Source: Bacteroidales bacterium (GTDB lineage: Bacteria > Bacteroidota > Bacteroidia > Bacteroidales > GCA-2748055). Taken from it: a stretch of DNA of 64,000 nucleotides. A program made the translations under genes and the position numbers. Where the stretch lies: positions 2,927 to 66,926 of the forward strand of contig JAOZUK010000007.1 in NCBI GenBank assembly GCA_029938715.1. Reading direction: 5' to 3'. Shown piece by piece: positions 1-9,222 of this stretch. The stretch's first letter is position 1. Every line of letters begins with the position of its first letter. The notes beneath the pieces are model-generated. The model was not told the origin of the DNA and made no database searches. It saw nothing but the letters and a program-made list of their open reading frames with translations.

Positions 1-573
1 GGAGCTGATCTGTTCAAGACTGCCCGGGAACGTGGATTTATCATGGATACTACTTCACTGGCTCAACCTGGTTCTCTTCTCTCCGGTAAAAAATATGGAT
101 TCTTACTTGCAGCAGGAGGGATGCCCCCGATGCTAGAGGGTCGGGGTGATTTTTTGCCCGATGTAACCAGCCTGGCCATTGAACAGCTTTCACAGGAACA
201 AAAAGGGTTTTTTCTGATGGTGGAAGGCTCGCAGATCGACTGGGGAGGTCATGCCAACAGTGTTGAGTATGTAGTGACTGAAACACTCGATTTTGAGAAT
301 GCTGTGGCTGTAGCTCTCGATTTTGCTAAGAAAGACGGAAACACTCTGGTGGTAGTTACAGCCGATCATGAGACCGGTGGATTTACACTGGGTGCTAAGC
401 AGGATGAAGAGAGCGGGTATGGCGACTACAAATACATAGGTTCCTCCTTTGCCACCAACACCCACTCGGCTACCCTGATCCCTGTATTTGCCTACGGACC
501 CGGAGCAGAAAACTTCAAAGGGATGTATGAAAACACCGAGATCTTCACCAAAATGTCGGCATTGGTAAAATGA
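1..573 (+). CDS. Alkaline phosphatase, C-terminal part (5' end lies outside the window)
   Basis: Frame 1 is open from base 1. Motifs EGSQIDWGGHAN and TADHETGG are typical of PhoA-family alkaline phosphatases. Confidence 0.75.
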   Translation, partial: GADLFKTARERGFIMDTTSLAQPGSLLSGKKYGFLLAAGGMPPMLEGRGDFLPDVTSLAIEQLSQEQKGFFLMVEGSQIDWGGHANSVEYVVTETLDFENAVAVALDFAKKDGNTLVVVTADHETGGFTLGAKQDEESGYGDYKYIGSSFATNTHSATLIPVFAYGPGAENFKGMYENTEIFTKMSALVK

Positions 574-583
574 GACAGCTTTT

Positions 584-1171
584 CTATCTTTTGACGATGC
601 CATAGAAGAGGATCCTGATCAGGTCCTCCAGTATCTCTTCGCGATCGGTTTTATGCTCTTCGCTAAGCAACAGGGGCAATTCCAGCCCTTTCATCATGGC
701 GGAAAAGGCAATGGCTCCGATATCAGAACTGGTGATCTGGAAGGATCCGTTACGCATTCCGTCCTCCAGGATCTCACTCACCAGAAGGCGTTCCTCCATA
801 TCAAAGTTCCGGCGGATCTCCAGGATAAAGTCCATGTGTGAGAGGGAGTCTTCATTGAGCGCAGCATAAAAATTCTCAAGGGTTCTCACCCGGTGTAGTC
901 TAAACAGTATATAGGCCTTTAGCCTGTCCACGGCCCGATCGTCCTTCCTGATGGTTCTGTCAAGCCGCTCCTTCAACTCTTCTGCATCCCTCTCAACAAC
1001 CGCACGGAATATCTCCTCTTTGCTCTTGAAATAGTAGTAGATGGAACTCTTGCCCTTATGGCAGGCCATTGCAATTTCATCCATGGTGGTTTTTTTAAAA
1101 CCATGCCTGGTAAATAGCTTGCTGGCTACACTTACAATATAATCTCTTACTTCTTCTTTGACTACTACCAT
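584..1171 (-). CDS. TetR/AcrR family transcriptional regulator
   Basis: N-terminal HTH segment FKKTTMDEIAMACHKGKSSIYYYFKSKEEIF; about 195 aa, all-helical pattern. Confidence 0.8.
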   Translation of the reverse strand: MVVVKEEVRDYIVSVASKLFTRHGFKKTTMDEIAMACHKGKSSIYYYFKSKEEIFRAVVERDAEELKERLDRTIRKDDRAVDRLKAYILFRLHRVRTLENFYAALNEDSLSHMDFILEIRRNFDMEERLLVSEILEDGMRNGSFQITSSDIGAIAFSAMMKGLELPLLLSEEHKTDREEILEDLIRILFYGIVKR

Positions 1172-1201
1172 GAAAAATAAAATAGCTACTCTATCATAAA
1201 A

Positions 1202-3409
1202 TTAAACTTCCTGGTCCGATTCTACAAATTTATAATCCAGTTGCCTGCGCGAAAGATTTGCATTGACTACTTCGATTCTAAGCTCATCTCCAATTTCAAA
1301 TTTTCTTCCTTCATGACGTCCTTTAATCATATACTCCTCCTCGTCAAACTCATAAAAATCGTCTGCAAGGCTCTTGATGGAGACCATTCCTTCGCACTTG
1401 TTTTCTACGATCTCCACATAGATTCCCCAATCTGTCAGTCCCGACACCACTCCATCAAACACCTTCCCTATCTTGTCCTGCATAAACTCCACCTGCTTGT
1501 ATTTGATGGACGCCCTCTCGGCTTCAACCGCCCGCCGCTCCATTTCAGAAGCATGCATGCACCTCTTTTCATAGGTCTCTGCATCTTTCGATTCACCCTG
1601 TTGCAGGTAATGGGCCAGCAAGCGGTGTACCATCAGGTCGGGATAGCGCCTGATGGGTGAGGTAAAGTGTGCATAATCTTTAAACGCCAGTCCGTAATGC
1701 CCGATGTTAATAGTGGAATAGCGTGCCTTGGCCATGGACCGCAGGGCCATCATCTCCACCACATGCTGTTCTTTGCTGCCATTCACCTTGTCCAGCAGTT
1801 GATTTAGGGCTGAAGAGAGGCGATGAGCCGACTGCTGGGGATTTAAAGTATGCCCGAATTTAGTGATGAAGCGGGTAAAAGAGTCCATCTTTTCCGGATC
1901 CGGCCTATCATGAATGCGATACACAAAGGTTTTTCCCACTTCCTTTTTCTTTATTTGACCTTTGGCCTCCCGGGGTTTAACATCATTCTCATATTTACCC
2001 CCGCGACTGGCATAGGCAGCCACCCGTTTATTTGCAAGCAGCATAAACTCTTCGATCAACCAGTTGGCCTCCTTCTGGACCTTGAAATAGACCCCGGTGG
2101 GTGTTCCATCTTCGGCCAGGTGAAACTTTACCTCGTCGCGTTCAAAATTAATGGAACCATTTTTAAATCGTTTTTCCTTAAGCACCTTGGATATCTCATA
2201 GAGTTTCAGCACTTCGGCTTTTAAATCGCCCTCACCGGTTTCAATGACCTGCTGGGCCTCTTCATAGCTGAATCGCCGTTGGGAATGGATGACGGTCCGA
2301 CCGAACCACTCATCCAAAACCTCTCCCTGCTCATTCATTTTGAATACCGCCGAGAAGGTAAGCTTATCTTCGTTGGGACGAAGTGAACAGACCCCGTTTG
2401 ATAATTTTTCGGGAAGCATGGGGACCACCCGGTCTACCAGATATACCGAAGTAGCCCTGTCATATGCTTCACTGTCCAGAATGGTTTTTGTTTTTACATA
2501 GTGCGACACATCGGAAATGTGAATGCCCACCTCCCACAACCCGCTTTCCAGGGGAAGTAGAGAGAGTGCATCATCAAAGTCCTTGGCATCGGCCGGGTCA
2601 ATGGTAAAGGTGGGTGTCTTCCTAAAATCCCTCCGGTTCTTGATCTCTTGGACAGAGATCTGGTCAGGGATCTTTTCGGCCGCAGCCTCCACCTCCTCAG
2701 AAAACTTGATGGGCAACTCAAACTCGGCCAATATGGAGTGCATCTCAGTATCGTTTTCGCCAGGATAGCCCAGTATATCGACAATCTCTCCAAAAGGATT
2801 TTTCACCTTTTTTGGCCAATCCACAATCTTTGCAATGGCCTTCTGTCCATGCTCCACTCCATTGAGCTTCTCCAACGGAATAAAAATATCAAAGGGCATC
2901 TTGCGATTGTCGGGCAGCAGAAAAGCATAGTTTCGGGAAATTTCCACGGTTCCCACAAATGTATCCCTGGCCCGCTCCAGGATCTCTACCACTTCGCCTT
3001 CCACCCGTATACTCTGTTTACGTTTGGGAAAGACTATCACCTTTACCAGGTCGCCATCAAGAGCAGTTTTCAGATTGTTCCTTGCAATAAACACATCATC
3101 ATTCGAATCTTCCGAAACCAGAAAACCATAGCCATGTTGGGTCATATCGATGGTTCCGGTCTTATAACCTGCCCGTGTCAGCATGCGGTATTTTCCGGGT
3201 TCCAGCTGCTCCAGGTGTTTCTGAGCCACTAGTTCATCCAGGGTCTTGTTTACGATGGCCCGCCGATTTTTATCATTGATAAAAAGAAGCTTGGAGATCT
3301 GTTTATAATTGTAAATCTGCCTGGGATTTCTTCCGAAAATACCCATGATCAGTGCTGAGGCCTGATCTCGTGTGAATTTATCTTTACCCGGTCGTTTACT
3401 CTTTCCCAT
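1202..3409 (-). CDS. rnr: Ribonuclease R
   Basis: RNB motif IDPADAKDFDDALS, N-terminal OB/cold-shock-like region, C-terminal S1 domain (VFDGVVSGLTDWGIYVEI); 735 aa. Confidence 0.9.
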   Translation of the reverse strand: MGKSKRPGKDKFTRDQASALIMGIFGRNPRQIYNYKQISKLLFINDKNRRAIVNKTLDELVAQKHLEQLEPGKYRMLTRAGYKTGTIDMTQHGYGFLVSEDSNDDVFIARNNLKTALDGDLVKVIVFPKRKQSIRVEGEVVEILERARDTFVGTVEISRNYAFLLPDNRKMPFDIFIPLEKLNGVEHGQKAIAKIVDWPKKVKNPFGEIVDILGYPGENDTEMHSILAEFELPIKFSEEVEAAAEKIPDQISVQEIKNRRDFRKTPTFTIDPADAKDFDDALSLLPLESGLWEVGIHISDVSHYVKTKTILDSEAYDRATSVYLVDRVVPMLPEKLSNGVCSLRPNEDKLTFSAVFKMNEQGEVLDEWFGRTVIHSQRRFSYEEAQQVIETGEGDLKAEVLKLYEISKVLKEKRFKNGSINFERDEVKFHLAEDGTPTGVYFKVQKEANWLIEEFMLLANKRVAAYASRGGKYENDVKPREAKGQIKKKEVGKTFVYRIHDRPDPEKMDSFTRFITKFGHTLNPQQSAHRLSSALNQLLDKVNGSKEQHVVEMMALRSMAKARYSTINIGHYGLAFKDYAHFTSPIRRYPDLMVHRLLAHYLQQGESKDAETYEKRCMHASEMERRAVEAERASIKYKQVEFMQDKIGKVFDGVVSGLTDWGIYVEIVENKCEGMVSIKSLADDFYEFDEEEYMIKGRHEGRKFEIGDELRIEVVNANLSRRQLDYKFVESDQEV

Positions 3410-3441
3410 AAGTTCTTCATTTCTGTAACAGCTAAATTTAC

Positions 3442-3449
3442 TAATTTTG
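3442..3449 (+). promoter_or_regulatory. Bacteroidota sigma-A -7 box (TAATTTTG) upstream of cysS
   Basis: Exact match to TAnnTTTG, 30 nt before ATG 3480. Confidence 0.45.
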
Positions 3450-3479
3450 AGCCACCATTCAGTTTATCCGACAATAGTT

Positions 3480-4949
3480 ATGACCAACAACTTCTCAGTT
3501 TACAATACCCTGACCAGAAAAAAAGAGCGCTTCGAACCTCTTAATCCTCCTTTCGTTGGTCTTTATGCCTGTGGCCCCACTGTATATGGGGATGCCCATC
3601 TGGGACATGCACGCCAGGCCATTACCTTTGATGTGCTCTACCGCTTCCTGCTCCACCTGGAGTATAAAGTGAGGTATGTGCGGAATATTACCGATGTGGG
3701 ACACCTTGAAAACGATGCCGATGACGGAGAAGATAAGATCCTGAAGAAAGCAAGGCTCGAATCACTGGAGCCCATGGAGGTGGTTCAACACTACATGAAC
3801 AGGTACCATGCCAACATGCAGGAGTTGAATGTACTTGATCCCAGCATTGAACCCCGGGCCAGTGGCCACATCATTGAACAGCAAGAACTGATCCGGAAAA
3901 TCATGAAGGCTGGTTATGCCTATGAGAAAAACGGGTCGGTCTATTTCGATGTAATCAAATACAACAAATCCCATCCCTATGGTCAGCTGTCGGGCAGAAA
4001 GATCGAGGATCTGCTCTCCAACACCCGTACACTGGACGGGCAATCGGAGAAGAACAATCCACTTGATTTTGCACTCTGGAAGAAGGCCGACCCCACCCAC
4101 ATCATGAGGTGGCCCTCAGATTGGAGCGACGGATATCCGGGCTGGCACCTTGAGTGCTCGGCCATGAGCACCAAATACCTGGGCATGGAGTTTGACATTC
4201 ACGGTGGAGGCATGGACCTGCTATTTCCCCATCACGAGTGTGAAATTGCCCAAAACGTGGCCGGCTATGGCAAACCGTCCGTTCGCTACTGGATGCACAA
4301 CAACATGATCACCATCAATGGAAAGAAGATGGGACGCTCCCTGGGTAACTTCATCACCCTGGATGAACTTTTTTCAGGAGATCATAAGATGCTGGAACAG
4401 GCTTACTCACCTATGACCATCAGGTTCTTTATCCTGCAGGCTCATTACCGAAGTACCCTCGATTTTTCCAATGAAGCTTTACAGGGCTCCGAAAAAGGAT
4501 TGATGCGACTGCTTAAATCTATTGAGATGCTCGATCTTGTAAATCCAGAAGAGACCTCAACAATGGATGTGGAAAAGCTGGTTAAAAAGTGCGACAAGGC
4601 CATGATGGATGATATGAATACACCCATACTTATCGGACATCTGTTTGAGGGTGTAAAATGGATTCATGGGTTGACCGAAGGAAGGCACACCCTCAAACCC
4701 TCCGATCTGGAAAAGCTTAAATCCCTGTTTCACAACTACGTGTATAAGATACTCGGTTTAAACAAAACTGAATCGTCCAGGGCTGGCGATCAGATTACCG
4801 GAAACCTGGTGGAGATGATCCTGCAGATTCGAACCAATGCCAAAGCGCAACGCGATTTTGACACCGCCGATCGCCTCAGGGATGAATTGGCCAACCTGGG
4901 GATCACCATCAAGGACCGAAAAGATGGTGCCGACTGGGAAATTATCTGA
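3480..4949 (+). CDS. cysS: Cysteine--tRNA ligase
   Basis: HIGH-type motif GDAHLGHAR and KMSKS-type motif KMGRSLGN. Start moved to ATG 3480 because the TTG at 3447 lies inside the putative -7 box. Confidence 0.9.
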   Translation: MTNNFSVYNTLTRKKERFEPLNPPFVGLYACGPTVYGDAHLGHARQAITFDVLYRFLLHLEYKVRYVRNITDVGHLENDADDGEDKILKKARLESLEPMEVVQHYMNRYHANMQELNVLDPSIEPRASGHIIEQQELIRKIMKAGYAYEKNGSVYFDVIKYNKSHPYGQLSGRKIEDLLSNTRTLDGQSEKNNPLDFALWKKADPTHIMRWPSDWSDGYPGWHLECSAMSTKYLGMEFDIHGGGMDLLFPHHECEIAQNVAGYGKPSVRYWMHNNMITINGKKMGRSLGNFITLDELFSGDHKMLEQAYSPMTIRFFILQAHYRSTLDFSNEALQGSEKGLMRLLKSIEMLDLVNPEETSTMDVEKLVKKCDKAMMDDMNTPILIGHLFEGVKWIHGLTEGRHTLKPSDLEKLKSLFHNYVYKILGLNKTESSRAGDQITGNLVEMILQIRTNAKAQRDFDTADRLRDELANLGITIKDRKDGADWEII

Positions 4950-4950
4950 T

Positions 4951-6558
4951 ATGACTAAAACCTACCAGTCACACTCAATCCACATAGGCCACCTTACCAT
5001 GGGGGGAGATGCTCCCGTTTGCATCCAATCCATGACCAATACTAATACCAACCATATTGAGGCTTCTGTAGATCAGTGCATCCATATGATTCAAAGAGGA
5101 GCACAGCTGGTAAGGCTGACCACCCAGGGAAACAGGGAGGTGAAAAGTCTGGAAGCCATTCGTAATCTCTTACAGGCTAAGGGTTTGAAAACACCTGTGG
5201 TGGCCGATATCCATTTTAAACCCGACCTGGCCCTGGAAGCCGCCCGGGTGGTGGAAAAGATCCGTATCAATCCCGGAAACTACCTGAAAGGCAATTCGGT
5301 GGATCTATTACTACCCCAACTGATTAAGGTTTGCAAAGAGAATGGGACGGCCATGCGCATTGGTGTAAATCATGGATCGTTAAATGACTCCATTCTGAAC
5401 AGATTTGGCGATACGCCCGAGGGCATGGTCGAATCGGCCATGCAGTTTCTGAGGGTATGCCAGAGGCATTCTTACCATCGGGTGGTGGTTTCCATGAAAT
5501 CGAGCAATCCCAGGGTGATGGTGCAATCGGTGCGACTCCTGGTTTACCGGATGACTCTTGAAAGTATGTCTTATCCTTTACACCTCGGGGTGACCGAGGC
5601 TGGAGATGGAGTCGATGGAAGAATTAAATCTGTGGTTGGGATGGCTCCCTTACTGCTGGAGGGAATGGGCGACACCATTCGTGTATCCCTCACCGAACCG
5701 CCCGAAGAGGAGATGCCGGTGGCCCGTCAGATTGTTGAGCTCTTCCCAAAGCCCTCACAACTGCCCTATTCCCCCTATAAAAATCTGGCCTGGGATCCAT
5801 TCAGTTTCAAAAGAAGAAGCACTTTACCCATCATGGGAATTGGTCAAGGAGCAAAAGTAAAGATCATCAATTCAGCCCCACCGGAGCCCGGATCGGATCG
5901 CCTGCCCCGGGAGATCGATTCGTTTACAGTTACCTATGACCAGTGGTCAAAAGATCCAGGTTTGCTTAAAGAAGAAAGAAAGTTCCTTCTTCTGGAACAG
6001 GGGTCTCGCACCATTCAAGAGGTGAAGCAACAACTGAATCAGTTCTGTTTAAGCAACACAACGGTCCCGGTCATATATAAAAACACTCAACATACGAAAG
6101 ATCAGGACCATTATATGATGCAGCTGGCCGGCCATATGGGTACCCTTCTGGTGGATGGGACCATTGATGCGGTCTGGGCAGAGAATCCCATGATAAAGAC
6201 TGAAAAGATCAATGAGATACTCCTTACAATTCTACAGGCAGCCGGGGCAAGGATCAGCAAAACCGAATACATCGCCTGTCCATCTTGTGGACGTACTCAA
6301 TTTGATATTGTTTCCCGACTCAAAGAGATCAGGGAAGCCACCTCCCACCTTCCTGCACTAAAAATTGGAGTAATGGGCTGTATCGTTAACGGCCCCGGGG
6401 AGATGGCAGATGCTCAATATGGTTATGTGGGAGCAGGCCCGGGAAAAGTTACTCTGTACAAGGGCCGGGACGTTGTCACCAAAAACATCCCCGAAAAAGA
6501 GGCGCTCCAGGCTTTAATCGACCTGATGAAACAAGAGGGCGACTGGTCCGATCCCTAA
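4951..6558 (+). CDS. ispG: 4-hydroxy-3-methylbut-2-enyl diphosphate synthase (long, three-domain form)
   Basis: N-terminal TIM-barrel part (GGDAPVCIQSMTNT) and C-terminal Fe-S motifs CPSCGRTQFD and GCIVNGPGE. ATG 4951 follows the cysS stop by 1 nt; the upstream extension to 4837 overlaps cysS and is rejected. Confidence 0.9.
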   Translation: MTKTYQSHSIHIGHLTMGGDAPVCIQSMTNTNTNHIEASVDQCIHMIQRGAQLVRLTTQGNREVKSLEAIRNLLQAKGLKTPVVADIHFKPDLALEAARVVEKIRINPGNYLKGNSVDLLLPQLIKVCKENGTAMRIGVNHGSLNDSILNRFGDTPEGMVESAMQFLRVCQRHSYHRVVVSMKSSNPRVMVQSVRLLVYRMTLESMSYPLHLGVTEAGDGVDGRIKSVVGMAPLLLEGMGDTIRVSLTEPPEEEMPVARQIVELFPKPSQLPYSPYKNLAWDPFSFKRRSTLPIMGIGQGAKVKIINSAPPEPGSDRLPREIDSFTVTYDQWSKDPGLLKEERKFLLLEQGSRTIQEVKQQLNQFCLSNTTVPVIYKNTQHTKDQDHYMMQLAGHMGTLLVDGTIDAVWAENPMIKTEKINEILLTILQAAGARISKTEYIACPSCGRTQFDIVSRLKEIREATSHLPALKIGVMGCIVNGPGEMADAQYGYVGAGPGKVTLYKGRDVVTKNIPEKEALQALIDLMKQEGDWSDP

Positions 6559-6598
6559 ACCTTCTTAAGCCACTAGTTTCTCACTCATTTTTAGTTCT

Positions 6599-8020
6599 TT
6601 ACCACCGACTGAACGGAGTTTCAATATGGAAAAAGAATCCATATTCCCCATACCTGTTGATGGCAAAATCGATCCTGAATACCTGGTCGTAGTAGGTAAC
6701 GAAGTCGAAACCTGCCCCGGCCGAATACTGCCAGTTATTGATCATGGTATTGGTGGGATTGGGAAACAGATTGTTCACATACCCCACATCGGCAAACATA
6801 TTAAAATAGAGGGCATAGTGAATCTTATTAAACTGCTTCATTCCAATGAAGGGAATGGTATAGTCGGTGGGTTTAATAATCTGAAATTTAATATTGTACT
6901 TTGAAATAAAATAGTCTGAGCCATCCATCACATAAGGTTCATAGCCACTCAGGTTCTCATTGTAACCCAGGGCCCTGTTCAGGATATAGGGCATATATTT
7001 TCCGGATGAGTAGCGCCCCTTTGTGGTGTTGTAAAAGTAGACCCGATTGGCCAGTTTCTGATGATACATCAGGATTCCCACAAAGCGAAAGGCGGGATTT
7101 CCAAAATCATGAATAATTCCCAGACCCACCTGTTCAGCCTTCATACTCACCCGAAAACCCTCCAGCGGGTAGACCTTCGAATCCCTGATATCGTAGTTAA
7201 AGGCATATGAGAGGTAAAAATAGTTCAGGTGTGTATTCCCATCTCCCAGGTAATTTGGATTTACAACGGCCACAGAATCTGAAACCTCGTAATCATAATA
7301 CTCAAATTTTAACGAATGGGTACCATATAATTTTCTTCGAAACTGGTAACCCATAAATGCATTGAGCCTGGTCATGGCGGGCACCTCCTGAGGTCTGTAC
7401 TCTTCTGGTTTGTTATGAACTGTGGCAATGATGATTTCGTTTTGCTGCTTCATATTAAACCCGGTGGTAAGGCCATGCCTCTGTCTCTTTCCTAAATTGG
7501 GAACGGTATAGGCCAGGGCATACTCCTTAATATAACCCAACTTGATCTTTGCAGTCAATAGTTCATTTCGTCCCCTGAAATTATTCCATCTCAGCCAGGC
7601 TCCATAATTTATCTTCTCCCAATCCTTGTTCTTAATGAATTCGCTGAAGTTTCGGTCGGCATACTCCAGGATGGGAATGGGCCAGATATACCACCTTTCA
7701 GTTACCTCGATATGAAAAATGATCCTGTTTCCCGGCAGATGGGATACATCAAAACTCACAAAATTAAACAGAGCCAGGTTCAACAGATTCTCTTTGCTTC
7801 GCTGGATAAAGGGCAGAAGCTCCATCTTTAAAATGGTGTCGCCGATGCTAAACACCAGTTCTCTCAGAATCACAAAGTCTTTGGTAATCTTGTTGCCCTC
7901 AATGAGTACTTCATTAACGATCAACTTATCATCACTAAAGGGCATGGGCTCCCGGGCAAGGGATTCCAGCGTATGACCCAGTAGAAGACAAACCATTAAA
8001 ATGTGTATCGCCTTTGTCAT
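6599..8020 (-). CDS. Omp85/BamA-family outer membrane protein with a single POTRA-like domain
   Basis: Signal peptide, POTRA-like segment (VNEVLIEGNKITKDFVILREL), aromatic-rich beta-strand pattern ending in ...FSRW. ATG 8020 preferred over TTG 8029. Confidence 0.65.
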   Translation of the reverse strand: MTKAIHILMVCLLLGHTLESLAREPMPFSDDKLIVNEVLIEGNKITKDFVILRELVFSIGDTILKMELLPFIQRSKENLLNLALFNFVSFDVSHLPGNRIIFHIEVTERWYIWPIPILEYADRNFSEFIKNKDWEKINYGAWLRWNNFRGRNELLTAKIKLGYIKEYALAYTVPNLGKRQRHGLTTGFNMKQQNEIIIATVHNKPEEYRPQEVPAMTRLNAFMGYQFRRKLYGTHSLKFEYYDYEVSDSVAVVNPNYLGDGNTHLNYFYLSYAFNYDIRDSKVYPLEGFRVSMKAEQVGLGIIHDFGNPAFRFVGILMYHQKLANRVYFYNTTKGRYSSGKYMPYILNRALGYNENLSGYEPYVMDGSDYFISKYNIKFQIIKPTDYTIPFIGMKQFNKIHYALYFNMFADVGYVNNLFPNPTNTMINNWQYSAGAGFDFVTYYDQVFRIDFAINRYGEYGFFFHIETPFSRW

Positions 8021-8063
8021 CCGCAACAAGCTGAGTCGTGCAAGGTAATAAAATAATTAAACG

Positions 8064-8071
8064 TAATTTTG
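8064..8071 (+). promoter_or_regulatory. -7 box (TAATTTTG) upstream of the secreted hypothetical gene
   Basis: Exact TAnnTTTG match, 20 nt before ATG 8092. Confidence 0.4.
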
Positions 8072-8091
8072 GGTCCAAAAGGTTTCGAAAA

Positions 8092-8559
8092 ATGAGAAAA
8101 ATATTTACCGTTACACTCCTGTTTATGCTGATTTTCCGGCTCCATGGCCAGAATATAGATCAACCTGTGGAAGCCCCCTTTGAGCAACTAAAGGTAGTTG
8201 GCAACATACGCCTGATCCTGGTTCCCTCCGATGTACAGGCATTGAAATTTGAAGCGGGTCAGGACTTGGAGGCACTGACCGTGGAATCCAAAGAGGGAAA
8301 GCTCTTATTAAAAACTAAATCTGAATTGAACAAAGATCCTGCTCTAAAGGGCAGGTTGCTTTACAGGTCCATTACCCATATTGAAGTGACCAAAGGAGGG
8401 CACGTTCAGTCTAGTGATACAATCAGGACGAAGGTTCTCTTCCTGAAAGCAGAAACAGGGGGTAAAGCTGAGGTAAAGGTAAATGCCAACCGATTATTGG
8501 ACAGCAATGCCACCAGCAAAGCTACCGTGGGATACTGGGGGGAGAAGTTATTCAGCTGA
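8092..8559 (+). CDS. Secreted hypothetical protein, possibly DUF2807/GIN-domain-like
   Basis: Signal peptide MRKIFTVTLLFMLIFRLHG. Repetitive beta pattern (IRLILVPSD...ALKFEAGQD...LTVESKEGKLLL). ATG 8092 sits 20 nt after a TAATTTTG box. Confidence 0.4.
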   Translation: MRKIFTVTLLFMLIFRLHGQNIDQPVEAPFEQLKVVGNIRLILVPSDVQALKFEAGQDLEALTVESKEGKLLLKTKSELNKDPALKGRLLYRSITHIEVTKGGHVQSSDTIRTKVLFLKAETGGKAEVKVNANRLLDSNATSKATVGYWGEKLFS

Positions 8560-9222
8560 CCGATTAAAGAGAGAGGCCAGCTGAATATCGGTGGGGGTGG
8601 TTATCTTTATGTTCTGCCTGTTCCCTTCTACGAGGGTCACTTTTCCAAAATGTGATTCGAATACCGAGGCATCGTCGGTAAATGAATGATCCTCAGTGTG
8701 CTTGAAAGCCTCTCTGATCAATTCGGATCGAAACACCTGTGGGGTCTGAACCCGTTTAAGTGTGGATCGATCCATATGAACCGAACTGCCGTCACCGGTA
8801 ACCATCCGTACCGATTCATCCACATCGATTACGGGGATTGCGCTACCTGTTCTATAGGCTGTGGAATAACACCGTTCCAGGGTTTCCAGACTTACAAAGG
8901 GCCTCACCGCATCATGAATCCCCACAACCACATCATCCTCGATCAATTGAATTCCATTTTTAACAGAATGAAATCTGGTAACCCCCCCCGCGGCCAGTTC
9001 TATTCGGGAGGTATCTGCATGAGCGTTCGCCATTGCATCCCATATTTGCCTGTGCTCATGGGCCAGCACCACCACCACCACCATATTTGGATCAAATCGG
9101 TTAAACTGTTCCAGGGTGCGGATGATGATGGGCTTGCCCTCCAGCTCCTGGTACTGTTTGGGGATTTCTCCACCCATCCTGCGGCCTGTTCCGCCTGCCA
9201 CTATGACTACGGCACGTTTCAC
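8548..9222 (-). CDS. ispD: 2-C-methyl-D-erythritol 4-phosphate cytidylyltransferase
   Basis: N-terminal VIVAGGTGRRMG nucleotide-binding loop; 224 aa. The GTG start overlaps the stop of the upstream kinase gene (GTGA). Confidence 0.85.
   Translation of the reverse strand: MKRAVVIVAGGTGRRMGGEIPKQYQELEGKPIIIRTLEQFNRFDPNMVVVVVLAHEHRQIWDAMANAHADTSRIELAAGGVTRFHSVKNGIQLIEDDVVVGIHDAVRPFVSLETLERCYSTAYRTGSAIPVIDVDESVRMVTGDGSSVHMDRSTLKRVQTPQVFRSELIREAFKHTEDHSFTDDASVFESHFGKVTLVEGNRQNIKITTPTDIQLASLFNRSAE

Noticed and set aside
4837-4950. N-terminal extension of ispG overlapping the end of cysS by 113 nt
   Set aside because: The extension has no similarity to the IspG N-terminus. ATG 4951 directly follows the cysS stop and gives the canonical start (MTKTYQS...GGDAPV).
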